From NCBI GenBank assembly GCA_002269645.1, contig NIVC01004841.1, positions 1-33,681 of the forward strand: DNA of 33,681 nt, written 5' to 3'. Shown here in pieces: positions 25,415 to 33,681 of this stretch. The DNA is from Macrostomum lignano (Eukaryota). The translations under genes were made by a program, and so were the position numbers. Each line of letters begins with the position of its first letter. Position 1 is the first letter of the stretch. The notes under the pieces were generated by a model. It did no database searches, had not been told where the DNA came from, and worked only from the letters and a program-made list of their open reading frames with translations.

Positions 25415-27047
25415 GACTCTTAGATATGAGATTCTCATTGAGATTAATCTTAGATATGAGATTCTAATTGAGATGACTCTTAGATACGAGATTCTCATTG
25501 AGATGACTCTTAGATACGAGATTCTCATTGAGATGACTCTTAGATACGAGATTCTCATTGAGATGACTCTTAGATACGAGATTCTCATTGAGATTATTCT
25601 TAGATACGAGATTCTCATTGAGATGACTCTTAGATACGAGATTCTCATTGAGATGACTCTTAGATATGAGATTCTCATTGAGATGACTCTTAGATACGAG
25701 ATTCTCATTGAGATTGCTTTTAGATACGAGATTCTCATTGAGATGATTCTTAGATACGAGATTCTTATTGAGATTGCTTTTAGATACGAGATTCTCATTG
25801 AGATGATTTTTAGATACGAGATTCTCATTGAGATTACTCTTGGATATGAGATTCTCATTGAGATTACTCTTGGATATGAGATTCTCATTGAGATGACTCT
25901 TAGATACGAGATTCTCATTGAGATGACTCTTAGATACGAGATTCTCATTGAGATGACTCTTAGATACGAGATTCTCATTGAGATGACTCTTAGATACGAG
26001 ATTCTCATTGAGATTGCTTTTAGATACGAGATTCTCATTGAGATGATTCTTAGATACGAGATTCTCATTGAGATTACTCTTGGATATGAGATTCTCATTG
26101 AGATTACTCTTGGATATGAGATTCTCATTGAGATGACTCTTAGATACGAGATTCTCATTGAGATGACTCTTGGATACGAGATTCTCATTGAGATGACTCT
26201 TAGATACGAGATTCTCATTGAGATGACTCTTAGATACGAGATTCTCATTGAGATTCTCATTGAGATGACTCTTAGATATGAGATTGTCATTGAGATTCTC
26301 ATTGAGATGACTCTTAGATACGAGATTCTCATTGAGATGACTCTTAGATACAAGATTCTCATTGAGATGACTCTTAGATATGATATTCTCATTGAGATTC
26401 TCATTGAGATGACTCTTAGATACGAGATTCTCATTGAGATGACTCTTAGATATGAGATTCTCATTGAAATGACTCATAGATATGAGATTCTCATTGAAAT
26501 GACTCTTAGATACAAGATTCTCATTGAGATGACTCTTAGATACAAGATTCTCATTGAGATGACTCTTAGATACGAGATTCTCATTGAGATGACTCTTAGA
26601 TACAAGATTCTCATTGAGACGACTCTTAGATACGAGATTCTCATTGAGACGACTCTTAGATACGAGATTCTCATTGTGATGACTCTTAGATATGAGATTC
26701 TCATTGAGATGACTCTTAGATACGAGATTCTGATTGAGATGACTCTTAGATACGAGATTCTCATTGAGATGACTCTTAGATACGAGATTCTCATTGAGAT
26801 GACTCTTAGATACGAGATTCTCATTGAGATGACTCTTAGATACGAGATTCTCATTGAGATGACTCTTAGATATGAGATTCTCATTGAGATGACTCTTAGA
26901 TACGAGATTCTCATTGAGATGACTCTTAGATACGAGATTCTCATTGAGATGATTCTTAGATACGAGATTCTCATTGAGATGACTCTTAGATACGAGATTC
27001 TCATTGAGATGACTCTTAGATACAAGATTCTCATTGAGATGACTCTT
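25415..27047 (+). repeat. 30-bp minisatellite (TCTTAGATACGAGATTCTCATTGAGATGAC)n, about 54 copies
   Basis: Directly visible. Occasional 12-nt internal duplications of ATTCTCATTGAG occur, and the unit contains the palindromes GAGATTCTC and TCTCATTGAGA. Confidence 0.98.
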
Positions 27048-27979
27048 CGATCACTGAGATGATTCTCGCAGATTCTGCAAAAATCTCTTGCTCATCATGC
27101 CACTCAATTATTACTCAGCCGACTTCACCGAACTCGGCAAACTGCTTTAAACTGTTGCTGTGCTCAGAGCAGAGACTCTTGGGAGCTGCAGGGAGCGGCA
27201 GACGGGAGTGCATCGATTCGACAACGAAAGGAGGTGAGGAAGGGGGCAGTGGGGGAATTCAGGGAGAGCTGGTCAGTGATGAAGCGGCTTCGAGGCTGGA
27301 AAATTTGATAAAAGGTTAAAGCGGCGAGGCCGGCGCCGCCTGAGTCTCTGGTTGGCAGCCATGGGGGGATTTGGGAGAAATAGGGGGAGATGGGGAGAGG
27401 CGGCTCCCACGGGAGCGGGTGGATTCGGAGGCTTGCCATTCTCCGCTCATCAACATCCCGCTGGTCGCACGGGGCCCACATACACGCTTTGCTTGTCAAG
27501 AGAAGAGAGGAGAGGAGAAGCAACGACTCGGTTGAGGAAGAGATGAAGAAGGGAAGCTGCAGCCGGTCCGCCCTGCCACTCCCCTACACCGCCCGTCGGT
27601 CAAGCTTTTGCCAGATTCAGGGCCAAATTTCTCTTGCAAAATTCACTTACGTAGTCGCTATAGATGACGGGGAGGCCTGAGCAGGGCGCGGTGAGTCTGG
27701 CGGCGTCTTCATTAGAGGCTCTCGTCTGAGATGGGGGAGGGCAGCACAGGCTGAGTTAGTTCGGAGTTCCCAGCTGGGCACCGGCTAAGCACATAACATG
27801 CGGGAGGAGCGAGGTTAGCCAAGCAGCGAATTAGAACTTTTGCCAACTATGGCCCTGCGTGCGTCATTGCGGAGGAGTTCTTTTTAATCAGGCTCAGTTA
27901 CTGTAGAAATTCAAGTACGTCCAGTGCAGTGCTGCTCTGGTGATTATTCTGATATTATTATCCGATAATGAACAATGAG

Positions 27980-29200
27980 ACGAGAAGAGGGAGGGGGAGA
28001 GGAAAGGAGAGGAGAGGAGAGGAGAGGAGAGGAGAGGAGAGGAGAGGAGAGGAGAGGAGAGGAGAGGAGAGGAGAGGAGCGGACAGAAGAGGAGAGGAGA
28101 GGAGAGGACAGGAGAGGAGAGGAGAGGAGAGGAGAGGAGAGGACAGGAGAGGAGAGGAGAGGAGAGGAGAGGAGAGGAGCGGACAGGAGAGGAGAGGAGA
28201 GGAGAGGAGAGGAGCGGACAGGAGAGGAGAGGAGAGGAGAGGAGAGGAGAGGAGAGGAGAGCAGAGGACAGGAGAGGAGAGGAGAGGAGAGGAGAGGAGA
28301 GGAGCGGACAGGAGAGGAGGGAGAGGAGAGGAGAGGAGAGGAGAGGAGAGGAGAGGAGAGGAGAGGAGAGGAGAGGAGAGGAGGGAGAGGAGAGGAGAGG
28401 AGAGGAGAGGAGAGGAGAGGAGAGGAGCGGACAGGAGAGGAGAGGAGAGGAGAGGAGAGGAGAGGAGAGGAGAGGAGAGGAGAGGAGAGGAGAGGAGAGG
28501 AGAGGAGGGGAGAGGAGAGGAGAGGAGAGGAGAGGAGAGGAGAGGAGAGGAGAGGAGAGGAGAGGAGAGGAGAGGAGGGGAGAGGAGAGGAGAGGAGAGG
28601 AGAGGAGAGGACAGGAGAGGAGCGGACAGGAGAGGAGAGGAGAGGAAAGGAGAGGAGAGGAGAGGAGGGAGAGAGAGAGGAGAGGAGAGGAGAGGAGAGG
28701 AGAGGAGAGGAGAGGAGAGGAGAGGAGAGGAGAGGAGAGGAGGGGAGAGGAGAGGAGAGGAGAGGAGAGGAGAGGAGAGGAGAGGAGCGGACAGGAGAGG
28801 AGAGGAGAGGAAAGGAGAGGAGAGGAGAGGAGGAGAGGAGAGGACAGGAGAGGAGAGGAGAGGAGAGGAGAGGAGCGGACAGGAGAGGAGGGGAGAGGAG
28901 AGGAGAGGAGAGGAGAGGAGAGGAGAGGCGAGGAGAGGAGAGGAGAGGAGAGGACAGGAGAGGACAGGAGAGGAGAGGAGGGAGAGGAGAGGAGAGGAGA
29001 GGACAGGAGAGGAGAGGAGGGGGAGAGGAGAGGAGAGGAGAGGAGAGGAGAGGACAGGAGAGGACAGGAGAGGAGAGGAGAGGAGAGGAGAGGAGAGGAG
29101 AGGAGAGGAGAGGAGAGGAGAGGAGAGGAGAGGACAGGACAGGAGAGGACAGGACAGGAGAGGAGAGGAGAAGACAGGACAGGAGAGGACAGGAGAGGAG
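27980..29200 (+). repeat. (GGAGA)n purine-rich pentanucleotide satellite with GGACA/GGAGC variants
   Basis: Directly visible. Confidence 0.98.
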
Positions 29201-29744
29201 GGAAGACAGTTGGCCGAGTGCCCAAGTCCAACTGCCTTTCACTCACCAGTGAAAAGCACCAGCCATTCTACATGCAGCGCTGAAGTTAATACGGTAGAAA
29301 ATATTTATGGAAGGCCAACCGCGCAGGGGAACAAGGGAGAATTCGGAAGTGGCCCACCGTTTGGCGTGTAGAAGCATAGAAAAGCCTCCGAAAGAGAAAA
29401 AATATAAGTAGAGAAAAGCCATTAACACAGCCTCGAAGATCTGCCAGATTAGGCTGATCCCAGCTTCAGGGGAGATGGGAAATCTCCCAGCTCAGGCGAA
29501 TGGCCTCAGCTCTCGAGAGCCCCTAAAGATTGGAATTGAAGACTTTCTTTCTGAAATTGTTTTTCTTTGCTGATAAAAGACAACGGATTTAGCATGGCGG
29601 CTTTTTGCATGCCCGTGAGGATTTTTTGCCCAGTGGGATTAAAAATCCCGGTCAGATGAAGCAAAGCCCTAAGTCTCTCGGTCCAGAGCATTCTCTGAGA
29701 AACATGCTCAAACTACTTGATTCGGAATTTCTCGGGTTGGGACA

Positions 29745-29965
29745 GGCCAAGTGGCGGAGGGTAACGCGGTGTCCGACCCTCGCGTCCGGAGCTCGAATCC
29801 CGGCACTCATACACACCCTCTCAAGAGGTGCACAGCGCCCTGACTTTCTGATCGGCAGAAGGCATGTATGTACACTCTCTCTGAGCTCTGGGGGTTGGCC
29901 CTCATGCTCGTAGGAGGAACCAGGGACCGTGGCGAAAGAGTCAAGCGTGTTTACCGCTGAGCCGC
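29745..29965. mobile_element. SINE-related element sharing the core of copies A/B, with tRNA-like heads at both ends
   Basis: 29802-29904 aligns by eye with 16558-16650 (GGCACTCA, GTGCACAGCG, GTACACT, GGTTGGC.CTCA). A/B-box-like motifs occur at the left on + and an A-box at the right on -. Confidence 0.6.
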
Positions 29966-30063
29966 TCTGACCAACCAGCCATCCTCGTTTGCAGGTGATT
30001 CACTTCCGTTTAGCAACAGATATTCAGCTGTAATCTACCACCGATAGCTACCCGACACCGAGC

Positions 30064-30571
30064 ATGCTGGCATTTCTGGCGGCAGCAGCGGCAGTGCTGC
30101 TAAGCCTGCCGCAGGCGGCACTGCAGTGCCAGTACCGCAACGGCTACATTTTCGAATGCGGTCACAACCAGCTGAGCAGGATGTCCCAGCTGCGCGGACC
30201 CCTGCCCGATGGTGTCACAGTGCTGGACATTTCCTACAACAGGTTTGACCAGCTGGACCCAGCCTACTTGGTGGAGCAGTTCCCCGGAGTGCAGCAGGTG
30301 CTGGCAGTGGACAACAGAATTACCAGACTGCTGCTGAATACCGATGCTCAAACTACTTGGCCGCAGTTGAGACTGCTCAGGCTGAGCAGGAACCGGCTGG
30401 AATCGATCAGCCGAGACGAGTTCTCATTCGGCACAGGCCTGGAGACGCTGCATCTCGACAACAATCGGTTGCAGAGTCTCAACAGGGGCTGCTTCAGCAG
30501 GTGTCACAATTTGAGTTTGCTCAATTTGGCGCACAATAATCTGGACTTTCTGCACTCAGATTACTTCTGGG
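30064..30571 (+). CDS. LRRN/NLRR-like LRR-Ig-FN3-TM receptor, exon 1 (signal peptide, N-cap, first LRRs)
   Basis: MLAFLAAAAAVLLSLPQAALQ signal peptide, LxxLxLxxN repeats (LRLLRLSRN, LETLHLDNN, LSLLNLAHN) and a phase-1 donor TGG G|GTGAGC. Confidence 0.92.
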
Positions 30572-30609
30572 GTGAGCATTGCGGCTTACTGAACCGGTTA
30601 GGGGGGGGG

Positions 30610-30682
30610 GGGTTGTAGCCTAGTGGTTAGAGCGTCGGACTCACTACTTGAAAGGTCGGGGGTTCGATTCCAGATCCACTAG
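30610..30682 (+). mobile_element. tRNA-like Pol III head (SINE fragment or tRNA pseudogene) in intron 1
   Basis: A-box TAGCCTAGTGGTTAGAGCG and B-box GGTTCGATTCC, but the anticodon and T stems pair poorly, so it is not a functional tRNA. Confidence 0.6.
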
Positions 30683-30752
30683 AACAATTTGTGTCTAATA
30701 TCTAAAATATTGCGCACAATAAAGTACATCAGAATCTTCTACCTCCGCACAG

Positions 30753-31707
30753 GCCTGTGGAGCCTTCAGCGACTCCAGCTCAGCCACAACCAGCTCACCG
30801 GACTGTCCAGCGACGCCCTCGGCCACCTGCACAGCCTGAAAGCGCTGGACCTCAGCCACAACCGCATCAAGTCCCTGTCAGCCTCCGCTCTCCAGGGCCT
30901 GCCAAGCCTGTCCAGACTCAGCCTCGCAGGCAACCAGCTGACGGAGTTCCCGATGGACGCGCTGAAACCGTCGCAGTCCCTGCTGCACCTGGACCTGTCG
31001 GGCAACCTCCTGACTGACCTGTACCCCGGCACCGTCACTCAGCTGGCCGCGCTCGAGAGACTGCTGCTGAACAACTCCGAGGAGTTGCAGCTCATCGATG
31101 CCGGAGCTTTCCAACGCCTGCCGCGACTGCGCCTGCTGGACGTCACCGACAGTCGCCGGCTGGTGTACATCAGCGCCAATGCATTTGTCAACTGTCCTCG
31201 TCTGGCGAAACTGCGACTGACCGGCTGCCCGCTGGCTGTCGCTCCGCTGGCGGACTGGCGACGAAACTCGCCGAAGATCAGCTCGATCGACATCGCCGAG
31301 GCGACACCCACCGGGGCTCCTGGCTCTGGCGGTGGCGGCGGCGGCGTCATGGTGATGGACCTGTTCCCGGCCGAGATCGTGCTGTCAGAGGGCCACCGGC
31401 TCAGGCTGCCTTGCCGCTCTTATCCGGAAGGTCGGGCCCGCTGGCGGCTGCCCGCCGGTCTGGCGGCTGGCCGCTTCGCTGGAGGCGGCGAGCAGAGGCG
31501 ACATCTACGGCATCACGTGACCGTCACTCCGCAGCAGGACCTGCTGCTGCACGACGCCTTTGACAAGCTGAGCGGCACATATGCCTGCGTTGCCGACGAA
31601 GAAGTCAACGCGACCGCCGAGCATCCGGCGGAGAGCTTAGGGGGCCGCTGAGACGAGAGGTTGCCATCAGCGTCAAACGGCTGGAGAGCCGGCTGCTGCT
31701 GTTGAAG
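30753..31707 (+). CDS. LRRN/NLRR-like receptor, exon 2 (LRRs, Gly linker, Ig domain); needs one frameshift between 31595 and 31648
   Basis: Phase-1 acceptor CCGCACAG|GC. The segment LERLLLNNSEELQLIDAGAFQRLPRLRLLDVTDSRRLVYISANAF resembles LRRN proteins as I recall them. Ig motifs are LRLPC..W and SGTYAC. The shifted frame gives ASGGELRGPLRREVAISVKRLESRLLLLK and a phase-0 donor AAG|GTGAAG. Confidence 0.85.
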
Positions 31708-31801
31708 GTGAAGAACAGACAGAGAGATTTTAAGACACATATCGATAGACAGAATAAACGGTAGGAACATACAGATGAAAACTCCGACGCTAAGACACTA
31801 C

Positions 31802-32104
<303 letters not shown>

Positions 32105-32135
32105 CGTCCCACCTCCGCCGACCCTCCAAATCCAG

Positions 32136-32528
32136 CTGACCGAAAACAGCATCGTGGTGACCTGGCAGAATCTCAACAACCCGGACGATTTCGTGCTGAT
32201 GTACCGGCCGCGCGGTGACACGGACTCTGGCTACCACCGCATCCGCCTGCGCGCCTACATGAAGCGGTACTCCATCAGCAGCCTGAGACCCGGCTGCGCC
32301 TACCAGCTGTGCCTGGCGCTGAGGACCTATACAGATTACCAGCACCTGCACTGCATGGTGGTGACCACCCTGACTGGCCGGGAGTCAGGTGACAGAGACA
32401 ATTTACTATTCAACGGAAGAATCGTGCTGGTGCTGGTTATTGGCATAGCGGTGTCAGTCGGCGTTCTAGTGGCCTGCTTGGTGGCCTGCAGCCTGTCGCG
32501 AGATAAAGAAACGGACGCTTGGAGTCAG
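32136..32528 (+). CDS. LRRN/NLRR-like receptor, exon 3 (FN3 domain and transmembrane helix)
   Basis: Phase-0 acceptor AAATCCAG|CTG. FN3 signatures are TENSIVVTW and [16 protein letters not shown], and the TM is [23 protein letters not shown]. It either splices at CAG|GTGATG (32528) or reads on to TGA at 32559-32561. Confidence 0.88.
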
Positions 32529-32963
32529 GTGATGAGAGTACCAGCTGCCCGCCTTGTGTGAACAACAGTTTTATCAAAATATTTCGGTCTCAAAAGGTCT
32601 CGGTAGTCTTTTAAACAGAGGATAAAGGCGCCATACTGGGTTGCCGAAGGTTGCAACCAAGGATTTTATATTAGCGTCAAGCAACACAGTCCTCGAAGCT
32701 TCGAGGTGGCCATTTCGTAAACAATGTTACTTCCGAGACGACGCATCCAAGAACGACTTAACTAAAGTGCAATGCTTCACATGTCTTTGGGGCTACAAGA
32801 AGCTGGTCAAAAACTTACTCTAGTGCGATTCCAGAGGGAGTCAGTCAGAACTTTTCCCTTAAAAATATGAGTAGCTGTTTAGCGAGGGCATGCCGTACTT
32901 GAGCTCAGATATAGAAGCTGCGCCTAGTACACACTACACACTAGTGAGCCTTGAAACCTTGCC

Positions 32964-33127
32964 TCCAGCGCGGCACTTTTATGTTCCAGCGGCCCAGGTT
33001 CGATTCCAAGTGTAGTCACATTAATCTGGGGCTAAATTGGAATCCCGGCTTGGCTCTGCTCGTGAAGTTAACGCCCTTGAATGCCAACCACCAAATCGCA
33101 GAGAAGTGTGCATGCCTAACGATAAAC
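32964..33127 (+). mobile_element. tRNA-derived SINE, partial copy C (reverse orientation relative to A/B)
   Basis: Perfect B-box GGTTCGATTCC at 32997-33007, followed by a body matching the reverse complement of copies A/B (TTGGAATC.CGGCTTGGCTCTGCTCGTG, CATGCCTA.CGAT). Confidence 0.8.
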
Positions 33128-33278
33128 AGAGCTCGTGAAGAGTTCACGATTTCAGCACACTAGGGAGAGGGAAAAGAGAGAGAAGAGAGAGAGAGAATAA
33201 CGAGTAGTGTCCAAACGCACGAACTCCCACTTCCAGACCGAAAGTCTGGGAACATAATTTAGTGATCACTTACCACAG

Positions 33279-33371
33279 CGGTCTCCTCTTCTTATCGGGC
33301 AGGTTCACAGCCGCCGCAGCGGGTTCTCCTTGTTGGTTCTGAAGTCGGCCGAATACGAGAGCAACTTCTAA
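33279..33371 (+). CDS. Putative terminal exon 4 of the LRR receptor ((RSPLLIGQ)VHSRRSGFSLLVLKSAEYESNF*)
   Basis: Two phase-0 acceptors (TTACCACAG| at 33278 and CTCCTCTTCTTATCGGGCAG| at 33302) match the phase-0 donor at 32528. The frame is open to TAA 33369-33371, and AATAAA lies at 33642. Confidence 0.5.
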   Translation, partial: RSPLLIGQVHSRRSGFSLLVLKSAEYESNF

Positions 33372-33681
33372 AAATAACGGAATCGGAGTCGTATGCCCCT
33401 ATCTGCTACTCTAGCGTACCAAAAGTCAATGAACGTCTTAAGAGTTCGGAATCGGTCCAAAGGACCCTATCCAATCCCTTAGGAATAGGAGGCGGCCTTT
33501 AACTCAAATTCAACAGAAATCAATTGAACAACAACCGCCGATAATTGTAATGGCTATAAGAAAGGCCGGAGTGTGCTGAGACGAAAGGTGGAAGCCCTGC
33601 TAGGTGGGCTTGATCGATATTTATTTATTTTCAGACTATGGAATAAAATCACGCCACCAGCAGTGGGGGTGGAGAATCGCC

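Noticed and set aside
23409-27062. ENLSY, ILAMR, KILIA, RYEILIEMTL and SKSHLNENL ORFs
   Set aside because: Units of 15 and 30 bp are open in several frames on both strands at once, with no signal peptide or unique domain. The resemblance of ENLSY to the TEV site is coincidental.
27894-29371. RRGEE and SSPLL ORFs of 425-467 aa
   Set aside because: (GGAGA)n translation artefacts. The unique tail after 29200 has no recognisable features.
30610-30682. Functional tRNA-Val(CAC)
   Set aside because: The anticodon stem has a mismatch and two G-T pairs, and the T-stem and acceptor stem do not pair. It is kept only as a SINE or pseudogene fragment.

Overview
Eukaryotic (animal) genomic DNA; roughly half of the window is tandem repeat. 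GC-rich codons, spliceosomal introns and long (GACA)n/(GATA)n/(GGAGA)n runs resemble a free-living flatworm such as Macrostomum, but the species is my inference. The window opens with about 33 copies of a 238-bp satellite (1-7797), followed by a mosaic of micro- and minisatellites and several tRNA-derived SINE copies. Three + strand spliced genes can be reconstructed by hand. (1) A two-exon gene for a small secreted six-Cys protein (13349-14544). (2) A two-exon gene for a 466-aa secreted precursor (18882-20374) in which polyacidic Tyr-containing peptides are separated by RRKKR-type convertase sites, with two F-G-RRKK amidation signals; this is the most unusual element. (3) An LRRN/NLRR-like LRR-Ig-FN3-TM receptor gene (30064 to about 33371) with a single apparent frameshift. 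Most long ORFs in the supplied track are artefacts of stop-free repeats.
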